From assembly GCA_950097015.1 (NCBI GenBank), contig CATNEN010000033.1:3782001-3846000 (forward strand): 64,000 bases of DNA. The letters run 5' to 3'. Positions 1 to 13,289 of the stretch are shown here, one piece after another; the stretch's first letter is position 1; the number at the start of each line of letters is the position of its first letter. A program made the translations under genes and the position numbers. This stretch comes from Macrostomum hystrix. Taxonomy: Eukaryota; Animalia; Platyhelminthes. The notes below the pieces were generated by a model. The model did no database searches, had not been told where the DNA came from, and saw nothing but the letters and a program-made list of their open reading frames with translations.

Positions 1-1110
1 TATCCAGAATCGTAGCCGTATCTAGAATCGTAGCCACATCTAGAATCGTAGCCACATCTAGAATCGTAGCCATATCTAGAATCGTAGCCATATCTAGAAT
101 CGTAGGCATATCCAGAATCGTAGCCATATCTAGAATCGTAGCCATATCCAGAATCGTAGCCATATCTAGAATCGTAGGCATATCCAGAATCGTAGCCATA
201 TCTAGAATCGTAGCCATATCTAGAATCGTAGCCATATCCAGAATCGTAGCCATATCTAGAATCGTAGCCATATCCAGAATCGTAGCCATATCTAGAATCG
301 TAGCCGTATCTAGAATCGTAGCCACATCTAGAATCGTAGCCATATCTAGAATCGCAGGCATATCCAGAATCGTAGCCATATCCAGAATCGTAGCCATATC
401 TAGAATCGTAGCCATATCTAGAATCGTAGCCATATCTAGAATCGTAGGCATATCTAGAATCGTAGCCATATCTAGAATCGTAGCCATATCTAGAATCGTA
501 GCCATATCTAGAATCGTAGCCATATCTAGAATCGTAGCCATATCTAGAATCGTAGGCATATCCAGAATCGTAGCCATATCTAGAATCGCAGCCATATCCA
601 GAATCGTAGCCATATCTAGAATCGTAGCCATATCTAGAATCGTAGCCATATCTAGAATCGTAGCCACATCTAGAATCGTAGCCATTCTTAGAATCGTAGC
701 CATTCCTAGAATCGTAGCCACATCTAGAATCGTAGCCATTTCTAGAATCGTAGCCATTCCTAGAATCGTAGCCATCCTAGAATCGTAGCCATACCTACTC
801 GTAGAATCGTAGCCATACCTAGAATCGTAGCCATTCCTAGAATCGTAGACATTCCTAGAATCGTAGCCATTCCTAGAATCGTAGCCATTCCTAGAATCGT
901 AGCCATTCCTAGAATCGTAGCCATTCCTAGAATCGTAGCCATACCTACTCGTAGAATCGTAGCCATACCTAGAATCGTAGCCATTCCTAGAATCGTAGAC
1001 ATTCCTAGAATCGTAGCCATTCCTAGAATCGTAGCCATTCCTAGAATCGTAGCCATTCCTAGAATCATAGCCATGCCTTGAATCGTAGCCATGCCTTAAA
1101 TCGTAGCCCA
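1..1110. repeat. 18-bp minisatellite (TAGAATCGTAGCCATATC)n, truncated by window start
   Basis: About 60 tandem units are visible. The variant shifts from CCATATC to CCATTCC after ~680. Confidence 0.97.
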
Positions 1111-1988
1111 ATTTCAGGATCCCAGTCATAACTAAATCGTAGCCGCAGCTTAAACGTAGCCACATGTGGCAGCTGCAGTCTGTAATAGTCCGTAAGTCCA
1201 TATTGAATAATAGTCCAAGTTAGGGACATGTACGGAGAGACATAACTTCAAAATGGTAGGAAATCAAGTTCTGAGCAGTCGCGCCAGCAATCAGCAATTT
1301 ATCATGCGAGTTTTGGCCCACAAAAGAAACCCGGCCTTCCCAGACTCGGCTTCATTTCCTGAGCAGCCTCCACCGCCTCGCATTTCCCAACGGCCCATGA
1401 GAAAAGAAAGGTGAGAAAAGTGGTCGACTAATGTCGGGTCGATCCCATCACAGGCTCTCAAGACCTCTGGGGTTTTATCGAAAGTGTCATGAGGTGGGGA
1501 TGGGAATATGGATCTTCGGCCGGGAGCAGCGACAAGAAGTTTTGAGAAGATCAGAGCAGGATTGAGACCTGCGGGAACTGCATTGCTTTGAATTTAGCCG
1601 CGCCGTGTGCACAGTTTCCCAGGCTCCTCATCTTGGAAAAGAGGATGAAAAAAAACAATTTCCAGCTTATTTTTCTCTATTTAATTTGCCTTCTCGGGCC
1701 AATGTGCTAATGCTAATATCCCAGTTAATTTATTTCGTCAGAAATCTGATACAGACAAGACCTTCATATGTGTCTGCCGAAATGGTGCACTTCTCTCAGG
1801 AAACTGGGGAGGGGACCCCGACAGGACATGAAAAATGAAGGCACCCCAGGGAGGTTCAGCGCCGGGCCAGTTCGTCATTAATTGTTAATCGGAAAGTCGC
1901 GCACGACTTGTTGACGCGCGAATCACTCGACTAGAAATTTTTCAAACTGAATTGTGCTCAAATCGGGGTCTCAAATCGTACTGCGCAG

Positions 1989-4900
1989 GTTGCTGCTGGC
2001 CTGCAGAACATCCAGGGCTTCTCCGCCTGACAGCCCTGCCGCTGCTGGAGACGGCGGCGAAAACGGACGCTTCTTTGTGCCCGCGGCCCCCAGCAACAAC
2101 ACGGTGAAGCTGGTTCGCATCACGGATGTGCTCAACCGCATGCTTAGCAGCAACAGGTACGACAGCAACCTGCGGCCCGGACTGGACATTCGGGAGAACA
2201 ATGTCACCGGCGAGAAGGAAGTTGTCGGTGAGCTGCTAGAGGTCACCCGCTGATGGGAACTGTGAATCAAGAGTGAACTGTGAATCAAGAGTGAATTGTG
2301 AATCAAGAGTGAACTGTGAATCAAGAGTGAACTGTGAATCAAGAGTGAACTGTGAATCAAGAGTGAATTGTGAATCGAGAGTTGACAGATAACCTAAATA
2401 ACTATGATTTGTTTACCCCTTACCAACTGTTATGTACTTTTGGACTCCCGAAAGTTGAGGCATATGCTCTATAATGCCTGGATTTCATGGGAAACAAGTC
2501 CAGTAAAATGGCTAATTGCCTAGTTGCCTGACCTCATCGAGCACGGTAACCTGCTCAAAGCCCGCTCAAAGATAGAGAACGAATGGGCAGATCATATTGG
2601 TGGAAATCACGCTGATTGAACACAAGCACCACTAGGAATTACATATATAAGTAATGTAATTCTTATATATATATATATATATAATTGTGGTATTATATAA
2701 AGATTATTTAATATTATATAATACAACTTTATTATTAATAACTTATTATTAAGTTGTCCTTAATTGAACATTGTGTGACAATTCCTAAAACTCCTGAACA
2801 AATGGATCCAGTTGGCTGAGCACTGTTCTCAAACCTGGCTCAGGAAATGGGATCAAAGTGTGAGCCCCTCCGGTCGGCTTGTAATAACATTGAGGGGCCC
2901 AATTGTTGGGAGGCAGAGAACGAAAAAAAACAATGCAAATCGGAGAAGAGTTTTAAGAGGGCTTTGGTTGTTTTGCCTTGACTATGGGAACAATGAGATC
3001 ATTATTCTCGTCAAGGGCTTGCATTGGTAGAAAAATGATTTAGCCTAACTTCTCTCCCAATTCACTTCCGTCAATCCCTGCATCCAACCCTCTATCAATC
3101 CCTGCATCCAACCCTCTATCAATCCCTGCATCCAACCCTCTATCAATCCCTTCATCCAACCCTCTATCAATCCCTGCATCCAACCCTCTATCAATCCATG
3201 CATCCAACCCTCTATCAATCCCTGCATCCAACCCTCTATCAATCCATCCATCCATCCATCCATCTATCCATCCATCCATGATTCATCCACCCATCCATCC
3301 ATCCATCCATCCATCCATCCATCCATCCATCCTCCATCCATCCATGATTCATCCATCCATCCATCCATCCATCCATCCTCCATCCATCCATCCTCCATCC
3401 ATCCATCCATCCATCCATCCTCCATCCATCCATCCATCCATCCATCCTCCATCCATCCATGATTCATCCATCCATCCATCCATCCATCCATCCATCCTCC
3501 ATCCATCCATCCTCCATCCATCCATCCATCCATGATTCATCCATCCATCCATCCATCCATCCATCCATCCTCCATCCATCCATGATTCATCCATCCATCC
3601 ATCCATCCATCCATCCTCCATCCATCCATCCTCCATCCATCCATCCATCCATCCTCCATCCATCCATCCATCCATCCATCCTCCATCCATCCATCCATGA
3701 TTCATCCATCCATCCATCCATCCATCCATCCATCCATCCATCCATCCATCCATCCATCCATCCATCCATCCATCCATCCATCCATCCATCCATCCATTCA
3801 TCCATCCATCCATCCATCCATCCATGATTCATCCATCCATCCATCCATCCATCCATCCATCCATCCATGCATCCATCCATCCATCCATCCTCCATCCATC
3901 AATCCATCAATCTGTCCATCAATTGGTAAAGCTGCAGAGCTGTGTTACTGTCACGACAGAGTCATTCTACAGGCAATCTTTCTCAATCAGGTCAGGAGAG
4001 GAAGACTAGCTCAAGAAATGGCATTTATTCTGAAGCACGATCGATCTGTGCTCACTTTGAGCAGCATTGTCTAGCAAGCCTCAGTCCCTTTAGAGTCGAG
4101 ATGAGGTATTCAACTAAAACTGCTTGGAGCGATTCTGCTTTCGTGGGGCAGTGATTTTAAATGTCAAAGCTGAACTATTCTACACTAAAAACGCAAACTT
4201 GTGCACTTTCAAATCAAGCTTTTGAAGCTTCGAGCTGGTCTGAAATACTTGTGCTTTAAGACAGACACCCAAGACAGACACCCAAGACAGACACCCAAGA
4301 CAGACACCCAAGACAGACACCCAAGACAGACACCCAAGACAGACACTCAGGACAGACACCTAAGACAGACACCCAAGACAGACACCCAAGACAGACAACC
4401 AAGACAGACACTCAGGACAGACACTCAGGACAGACACCTAAGACAGACACCCAAGACAGACAACCAAGACAGACACTCAGGACAGACACTCAGGACAGAC
4501 ACCTAAGACAGACACCCAAGACAGACACCCAAGACAGACACCCAAGACAGACACCCAAGACAGACACCCAAGACAGACACTCAGGACAGACACCCAAGAC
4601 AGACACTCAAGACAGACACCCAAGACAGACACCCAAGACAGACACCCAAGACAGACACCCAAGACAGACACTCAAGACAGACACCCAAGACAGACACCCA
4701 AGACAGACACTCAAGACAGACACCCAAGACAGACACCCAAGACAGACACTCAAGACAGACACCCAAGACAGACACCCAAGACAGACACCCAAGACAGACA
4801 CCCAAGACAGACACCCAAGACAGACACCCAAGACAGACACCCAAGACAGACACCCAAGACAGACACCCAAGACAGACACCCAAGACAGACACCCAAGACA

Positions 4901-7900
4901 GACACCCAAGACAGACACTCAAGACAGACACCCAAGACAGACACCCAAGACAGACACCCAAGACAGACATCCAAGACAGACGCCCAGAACAGACTCTCAG
5001 GACAGACACCCAAGACAGACACCCAAGACAGACGCTCAGAACAGACAACCAAGACAGACACCCAAGACAGACGCCCAGAACAGACTCTCAGGACAGACAC
5101 CCAAGACAGACACCCAAGACAGACGCCCAGAACAGACAACCAAGACAGACACCCAAGACAGACGCCCAGAACAGACTCTCAGGACAGACACTCAAACCAA
5201 ACAACCAAGACCGACACTAATAATAATAATAACTGCAGGAGGGCTGCGGGCAATATCACATCATTTGATGACACTAGACCCGCAGCCAGCGAGGAGGCAG
5301 TTTTGCCCGTTTCGCTGACTCCTGAGCACACACGCACACAGATACCGTACGCACACGCTCACACAGGTGTGTACATCTGCCCAGATTTTCTCATCGTCAG
5401 GCAGTGTACACCTTCACTGTGCCTTGGAGGTTGGCCCTCAATGGCGTAAATTACACAAGCCCCCAAGCCTTCTCTCCGCGGCTGAGACACAAATGAATGT
5501 GGCCTCGTCGCAGAATCGAGCTCAGTGACCATGGTGCGAGAGGCAAACGCGTTAACCGCTCTGCTACTCACCCCCAAGACAGACACTAAAGACAGACAGC
5601 CAGGACAAACAGAAAGACAAACAGACAAACAGACAGACCATGCAGCAGACACAGGCAAGGCTGAGTCCTGGTATTCCCGCGCTGGAGCAGCAACAGCGCG
5701 GCAACTGTTGATTTTTCTTCGCGGCTCTGCCAAACTCCCGCAACGGCAGCTGGTTTGGGATAAATTCTTCATCAAGTGCGCTTCGGGTGGAAATTAGGAG
5801 ATTAGCATATCTGATTATGATGATGACTGGGCCTGCCTGTAGTAATCTGGTACAGCTCCAGATCCCATTGCTCATATCTGCACAGCCTTGCTCCCCAATA
5901 CTCGATCTCCTGTTTTCCAGCCAGTTTGGGCGGTCGGGTTGGCACAGAGACTCAGAGCAGCAGCAAAAGCAGTCCAATGCTGCAAAATACTTTGCATGCC
6001 AGCAGCAGAGTTGGCAACGATGGAGCCTGAAGACATCTCGCAGTCTGTAGCCTGCAGTTCAGCAGCCTTCGCTCCGCATTTTGCAGTCTGTAACGACTTT
6101 TACTCCGAGTCTTTCTCTTGCCGTTTTTAGCTGATTGATTGTCGAATCATGCGAGTATTGAAGTACTTCAGTATAAGGCGTGTACCGTGATGCTGGTGAT
6201 GCAGTAGACGAGCATAAATTAGTCCGTAATCGGCATTGCTGCATTCCTTCAGGGAGTGTCCTTCGACCTTTCAGAAAAGTGGCGGCTCCATCAAGCACTC
6301 CCAGCCCCAATCAACTTGATGTCGGCCTATTTTATAAGAAATACGAGCCAGAGATAAGGAAACCGGAGGCACGATTAGCACTTAAACTCGGGGCAATAAA
6401 CCAAAAAGGCTCGTACCGGCCGACACGGACCTCTTGACTCGCCTCGAAACCTTAAAATTGAATGTTTAGCGCTTGCTTCTAGTAGTAGCACCTATTTAGG
6501 AGGCCGAGTGCGAGCTTCAGTCCGGAGAGATCGAACTGTAGGTGGCACGCAAGTGGAGTGCGCTGAGCGAGGCGAGTGGAACCGGGGCAGGCACCGGTCA
6601 GCTGCAGCTGACTGCCGTCTTCATTCTCCCGAGGAACAGGAAGAAAAGAGAGGAAGAGCTGAGGAAGAAAACTGGAGGGGAAAGGTCGGGAAATCCGGAA
6701 AAGGGCCACCTAAGGAGGAGGCGTGCTAGCTGGGGCTGCTCAAAATGTGACCCAAGGTAGCTCAACACATTCTGCAGGGGCCAATCGCTCCACATGGCCT
6801 TTCAGTCACGACTCATCCGTCTCTTGCTGCCTTCTCTCGTTCTCCCACACTCGATCTCTATTTGAGTCCTTTCTAACAGTTTTGAGAAAATCCAAATCCG
6901 AAGATTAGAGATCAGCCTACGGTGGCTGACTGCAGATCCTCCACCTTGAACAAAAAATGACGCTTTTAAAATATCCCTTCTTAAACATTAACCTGCCAAA
7001 TAGTTCATTTGTATTTCATTTCTGAAAATACTCCCATAGCTTCCTTAGTAGCATCAACACCCGCGGCTTCACTGACCTGTACTCAACAGGATCTATTAAC
7101 TTCACTGACCTGTACTCAACAGGATCTATTAACTTCACTGACCTGTACTCAACAGGATCTATTAACTTCACTGACCTGTACTCAACAGGATCTATTAACT
7201 TCACTGACCTGTACTCAACAGGATCTATTAACTTCACTGACCTGTACTCAACAGGATCTATTAACTTCACTGACCTGTACTCAACAGGATCTATTAACTT
7301 CACTGACCTGTACTCAACAGGATCTATTAACTTCACTGACCTGTACTCAACAGGATCTATTAACTTCACTGACCTGTACCCAACAGGATCTATTAACTTC
7401 ACTGACCTGTACTCAACAGGATCTATTAACTTCACTGACGCAGACATGAGCGAACTCGCAGTCTTCACAGACTACTTAAGAGACTTCTCAAACTTCTCAA
7501 TGCCTTCAATACATCTAGCTCAATGTTCGTGGGCATCCGTCACGATGTGTACAGCACACGAGCTGTAGAGCGCAGTGGGACGTTACAGCTCGTAATCTCA
7601 TCAAAGAATTGGTCGCACAGAAGACTGGCAGAGAGGAGAGAAGCATGGCAAAAACTCAAGTTCGAAGACTCGAAAATCCCCGCGTTTTTCTGCGAAATAG
7701 AAATGGAATGAATTGGAGGACACGGTAGATTGGGCGACAGACCGGAGTGAGGGACCGTGAGATTCAATTTGCACGGAGAGAGACATTACTGTCAGTTTGT
7801 TACGGGCTTTCCTCTGAGAATCTACCGAGCTGCGCACGTGTACCCTTCATTCCGGACCCGGTCTTGTTCTCTGCGTGTGGCAAAATCACTTCTTTGATTT

Positions 7901-10900
7901 ACGAGCGACTTTTGCGAGTAAATGGAGCGGACAGTTTCGGCCCATAGGCCTGAGAATTATATGACGCTCACTGCCATTTCCTACCGTTTTTTTCAACCCA
8001 TGGCACTTCGCATTGCAGACGATGAACCGGCGGCTGTAGCCATCAACATGCTGATCAAGAACTTGGGCCCCATTGATGAAGAGAACATGGTAACTAATAT
8101 GGGCGAATCTCCTCTGATCCCTTGATTCACGTTCTTGTCTGTTTCTGGACTAAATTCCTTATATCATGAATGAGGGGTCATAGCTCATCCCTGGATTAAG
8201 GTCCTTATTTGATCCTACAATTCGGTTTCTTGGCTGTTTCCTATCTTTCTTGGCTTTCCCTGTTTTATTTACTTGTTTCATCTTGGGATTAGGGGTTCTT
8301 GATTGATCCTTGGATAAGGGTTCCTAGCTGATCCCTGGATAAGGGGTTCCTAGCTGATCCCTGGATAAGGGTTCCTAGCTGATCCCTGGATAAGGGTTCC
8401 TAGCTGATCCCTGGATAAGGGGTTCCTAGCTGATCCCTGGATAAGGGTTCCTAGCTGATCCCTGGATAAGGGTTCCTAGCTGATCCCTGGATAAGGGTTC
8501 CTAGCTGATCCCTGGATAAGGGTTCCTAGCTGATCCCTGGATAAGGGTTCCTAGCTGATCCCTGGATAAGTGTTCCTAGCTGATCCCTGGATAAGGGTTC
8601 CTAGCTGATCCCTGGATAAGGGTTCCTGGCTGATATCTGGATAAGGGTTCCTAGCTGATCCCTGGATAAGGGTTCCTAGCTGATCCCTGGATAAGTGTTC
8701 CTAGCTGATCCCTGGATAAGGGTTCCTAGCTGATCCCTGGATAAGGGTTCCTAGCTGATCCCTGGATAAGGGTTCCTAGCTGATCCCTGGATAAGGGTTC
8801 CTAGCTGATCCCTTCATTAGGATTCTTGGCTGATCCCTGGATAAGGGTTCCTAGCTGATCCCTGGATAAGGGTTCCTAGCTGATCCCTTCATTAGGATTC
8901 TTGGCTGATCCCTGGATAAGGGTTCCTAGCTGATCCCTGGATAAGGGTTCCTAGCTGATCCCTGGATAAGGGTTCCTAGCTGATCCCTGGATAAGGGTTC
9001 CTAGCTGATCCCTGGATAAGGGTTCCTAGCTGATCCCTTCATTAGGATTCTTGGCTGATCCCTGGATAAGGGTTCCTAGCTGATCCCTGGATAAGGGGTT
9101 CTTGATTGATCCATGGATAAGTGTTCCTAGCTGATCCCTGGATAAGGGTTCCTAGCTGATCCCTGGATAAGGGGTTCCTAGCTGATCCCTTCATTAGGAT
9201 TCTTGGCTGATCCCTGGATAAGGGTTCCTAGCTGATCCCTGGATAAGGGGTTCTTGATTGATCCATGGATAAGTGTTCCTAGCTGATCCCTGGATAAGGG
9301 TTCCTAGCTGATCCCTTCATTAGGATTCTTGGCTGATCCCTGGATAAGGGTTCCTAGCTGATCCCTTCATTAGGATTCTTGGCTGATCCCTGGATAAGGG
9401 TTCCTAGCTGATCCCTGGATAAGGGGTTCTTGATTGATCCCTGGATAAGGGTTCCTAGCTGATCCCTGGATAAGGGTTCCTAGCTGATCCCTGGATAAGG
9501 GGTTCCTAGCTGATCCCTGGATAAGGGTTCCTAGCTGATCCCTGGATAAGGGTTCCTAGCTGATCCCTGGATAAGGGGTTCCTAGCTGATCCCTGGATAA
9601 GGGTTCCTAGCTGATCCCTGGATAAGGGTTCCTAGCTGATCGCTTCATTAGGATTCTTGGCTGATCCCTGGATAAGGGGTTCTTGATTGATCCATGGATA
9701 AAGGCACTTGTTTGATCTCGGTTATTAACTGCATTGGTTTAAGAAACCCATGAATTGAGCGCTACTCTGCCCCCATTTATTCAGATGTACGCGATGGAAA
9801 TCTACTTTCGTCAATCCTGGATAGACAATAGGCTTCGCTTCGACGCCAACTTTGTCAATCAGGACGAAATCAAGGTTAGCATCAGCACACTGGACAAGAT
9901 CTGGCGACCCGACACCTATTTTTTCAATGGCAAGGGCTCCAAGTTGCATGTGATCACAACGCCGAACAAGCTGCTTCGCATTCAGGCCGATGGAACTGTG
10001 TTCTTCTCCATGCGGTGAGCTGCGGGAGGTGTGAAATCGCTGGTGTTAGACAGAACACAGTTGGGCTTATCAAAGCACATAAGCACATTCTATTAATAGT
10101 AAAGCTTCTAATTAATCTCGGGGAAGGGGTCGAAGAGACAATGTACATGCATGCAGCAAATGTACATACGGGCGCTTGTCTGTCTACCCTCTCCCAAACC
10201 CCAACCCCTAATGGTGGGTTATACACCCCAGGGTTGGTGTAGATTTTTTTTAATAGGCGCTGCGTGCGACGACACGAGGGCTGGCGGATGGAAGGAGTGC
10301 ACACTTTTTGGGGGCTTTTTATTTCTGCTGTATTGACTTGCACTGTTCAAATGAAAGTGTTCTATTCTTAAAAAAATAAAGGAAAAAAGATTTGACCTGT
10401 CCATATGTATCTGTATACAAAATACTGTACATTGCACATTTCATTGATTCAATGCCATTTTGGCAGGACTTGTTACTTTAAAAAAAAATTTGGCTTAATC
10501 TATGTAAAGATTTTGCGTTAGGTTTTTATTTGATTTCGTCTTTACTAGCATTTGAACTAGAATTTGATACAGACTAGCCCCAATGTCGCTTCCTCTGGAA
10601 TCCACATACGCTTGCTTTTTGCTGCAAGATCTGCACAAACCATTGTGGACACTTTCAAAAGCCAACACCATAACAGCTGCCTCACTCAGCAAGCGACGCT
10701 TAAATGATTGATGACACCCAATAAACCAATAAAGCAAACTGGAGACCCAAATTCTCAGTTTCTCACCCACCGCAAGGCGAGGCTTATCACTAGGCCAGAG
10801 CCAGCTTAACCGGCCTTCTTATCTCATTTTTGTAGCCTAACAATCAAGGCCGTCTGCTTCATGGACTTCAGAAAGTTCCCAGTCGACCGGCAGGCCTGCC

Positions 10901-12796
10901 CGTTACTTATCGGCAGCTGTGAGCGCGTTTTTTATTAATAAATCAATTCAGCTTTCTGACTTTCTACTTATTTTAGTAGCAAGAGACGTATTGACAAAAA
11001 GGAGAATTAAATGCACAGTACCTACTATCAGTAGGATAAAAAAGATATAATTTTTTTCCCGGCTGAAAGGAGCAATTCGGCACACGAAATTCTGGAACGC
11101 GACTCGAACTTCTGTTGCGCAAATTCTGAAGCAAGATAGGAAATTTTAACTTTTTAGGCACAGGGGCCGGCATGTTGGAACGATGGAAAAAATTATATGA
11201 AATAGATGTTTTCACAAATAATGCTGGAAAGAAATAGATAAAAGCTATAAAAAGGACACAAATAACAAAAGATAAACCAACAAAAAATAACGAAAGATCC
11301 GCCTTTAAGCACTAAATTTGTACAGAAAAAGTGAACATTTATTATCTCAGTAACGTATTTTTAGTCGAAAAACTTTCTGTTAAACTATTTCAAAGAAAAA
11401 ATATCCAGCAAATTAGTTATTACGAGCTAGAAACAATTTCTAAGAAAAAATTCTGAGAAACAATTTCTAGCAAACAAATTAATAAAAACCTTTTTCTAAG
11501 AAACGATTTCCAAGAAACGATTTCTAATAAACTACTTCTAAGAAACGATTTCTAAGAAACTACTTCTAAGAAACTACTTCTAAGCTTCCCGTCCTTCTAA
11601 TCCTAGTAATCCTTGAGTAATCTTGGAACAGTCACTGACAAATAGGAAAAATATTTCAGACGCCTATGACTCAAAGAACCTGGCCTACGTCTGGTGGGAA
11701 GAAGCCAAAGCGAAGGCGACCCAGTACCAGATCCCGGCCAACGTTGTCAACTCGACCAGCAAGAACCTCGGCGTCGAGGTCACCGCAATGGCACAATTTC
11801 TATTCCGATCCGAGGAGGTGGAATTCTCGCACGAGATTTCCAAACTTGGAAGTGGTAAGGGAAGCTAGGATTATAAGCGATTTTTAATAGCTCGTTCAAT
11901 TATCCATGACTTCATAAGTCGCCGTTCTAATGTACAAACGTTCCTAGAAACTCGCGATGTGCTCAGCCTGACGATTCCTCTGGAGCGAATGATTGGCTAT
12001 TACCTGCTGCAGATCTATTTGCCATCATACATGACCGTCAGCATGTCCTGGGTCACTTTCTGGATTAATAGAGAGGCCACGCCTGGCCGAGTGACACTTG
12101 GTGAGGACCCGAGTTGAATCTCGACATCCTAGTGACTCTCTGAGTGATCCAAGTGACTCCGAGTGACTTTCTGAGTAACTCTGCGAGTGACTTTCCGAGT
12201 GATCCAAGTGACTCACCGAGTGACTGTCTGAGTGATTCTCCGAGTGACTGTCTGAGTGACTCTCTGAGTGACTGTCTAAGTGATCCTAGTGACTCTCAGA
12301 GTGATACAAGTGACTCTCCGAGTGATCCAAATGACTGTCCGAGTGACTGTTTGAGTGACTCTCCGAGTGGCCAAACGGCGCAACTAATAGCAGAAGACCG
12401 CCCTCCACAGGCATCACCACCCTGCTGACCAGCGTCACCATCAGCCTCACCGGCCGCATGGGCATCCCCAAGGTGCCCTACGCCACCGCGCTGGACGTCT
12501 TCCTGCTCATCTGCTTCTTCTTTGTCTTCTCAGCCTTGCTGGAGTACGCTGGCGTCAATTACTTCACCAAAACTGGCAACCTGGAGATCCCGAAACGGGC
12601 GCTGCCACCTCCGCCGGTTAGTCTTTTTATTTTTAGATTTTTTTTCATTTGCTGATTGCACTACTGAATTTTGCAACTGTCAGTAGCAGGCTAGGGTTAT
12701 GGTCGCTAAAATATAGTAGAAATATTTTATTAATTGTACCAATTCCAGGCGAGCGGAGGCATGGAAGCTGCTGATCAAGATCACAATCCCCTAATT

Positions 12797-12833
<37 letters not shown>

Positions 12834-13135
12834 TCCTCGTTCGACGCAATGTGAATGGGCGCCCGTTGCACCCAGACCCAGGGGTGGGCGTGGCCTGCGA
12901 TGTCGAGCCGGAGCCCGACGGCAAGGACTCCTGCCTGGTAATGTTCCTGAACTGCCTGAAGGGTAACCGCAAGTACATGCTGATGAAGGAGCGGCTGCGA
13001 CCAACTGGACCCAACTCGGAGTCCCAGATCGACCGCGCCTCCAGGTACATCTTCCCGGCCTCGTTCCTGGCCGTGAACATTGTCTATTGGAGAATCCTGC
13101 TCAGCGAAAATGAGTTCAACATGAATCCTCACTAG
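1989..13135 (+). CDS. Cys-loop ligand-gated anion channel subunit, GABA-A alpha/GRD-like (multi-exon; first exon unresolved)
   Basis: Phase-consistent GT-AG exons: ~1989-2227 (RYDSNLRPG); possible 3973-4105; 7948 (or 7935)-8089 ([15 protein letters not shown]); 9785-10014 ([18 protein letters not shown]); 10836-10918 (Cys-loop [15 protein letters not shown]); 11660-11854 (GSYAY); 11948-12100 (M1 [25 protein letters not shown]); 12411-12616 (M2/M3 [17 protein letters not shown]); 12749-13135 (M4 [10 protein letters not shown]...NIVYW, stop TAG). Confidence 0.93.
2261..2382. repeat. 18-bp tandem repeat (GAACTGTGAATCAAGAGT)n, intronic
   Basis: About 6-7 units are visible. Confidence 0.93.
3070..3910. 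repeat. 24-bp minisatellite (TCAATCCCTGCATCCAACCCTCTA)n grading into interrupted (CATC)n microsatellite
   Basis: 24-bp units at 3070-3245, then (CATC)n with CATGATT and CTC interruptions. Confidence 0.96.
4258..5220. repeat. 14-bp minisatellite (CAAGACAGACACCC)n
   Basis: About 68 units; degenerate remnants continue at 5576-5640 beyond the SINE insertion. Confidence 0.96.
5221..5575 (-). mobile_element. tRNA-derived SINE, copy 1
   Basis: The reverse complement starts GGGGGTGAGTAGCAGAGCGGTTAACGCG (A box) ... GCTCGATTC (degenerate B box) and ends in an (ATT)n tail. Flanked by near-identical CAAGAC(C/A)GACACTAA direct repeats (5206-5220 and 5575-5589). Homologous along its length to 41352-41709. 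Confidence 0.85.
7069..7440. repeat. 33-bp minisatellite (CTTCACTGACCTGTACTCAACAGGATCTATTAA)n
   Basis: About 11 nearly perfect units. Confidence 0.96.
8305..9700. repeat. 25-26-bp minisatellite (GATCCCTGGATAAGGGTTCCTAGCT)n
   Basis: About 55 units with a recurrent CCTTCATTAGGATTCTTGG variant; fills a channel-gene intron. Confidence 0.96.
12130..12368. repeat. Degenerate GAGTGACT-based intronic repeat
   Basis: Recurrent (CC/CT)GAGTGACT units between the M1 and M2 exons. Confidence 0.8.
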
Positions 13136-13289
13136 CACCACTGAGCACTGTACCTTATCACAGACAGCCGCGATTAGAATTAATTGCTGTTTCCGTTTTT
13201 GTGTTTCAAAAATTGATTGCTTTTAATTAACAAGTACATTTTGTCATTGGCGATCGCGAAATAAGCTAATTATGAGAAAATTAGTCACT

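Noticed and set aside
1304-1410. ATG...AG|GTGAGA as the first coding exon of the channel gene
   Set aside because: It is phase-compatible with the acceptor at 1988 but gives no convincing signal peptide, so the start was left unresolved.
6180-6437. ORF ending [18 protein letters not shown] as a Penelope GIY-YIG endonuclease remnant
   Set aside because: The resemblance is only vague; no GIY/YIG motifs or RT are nearby.
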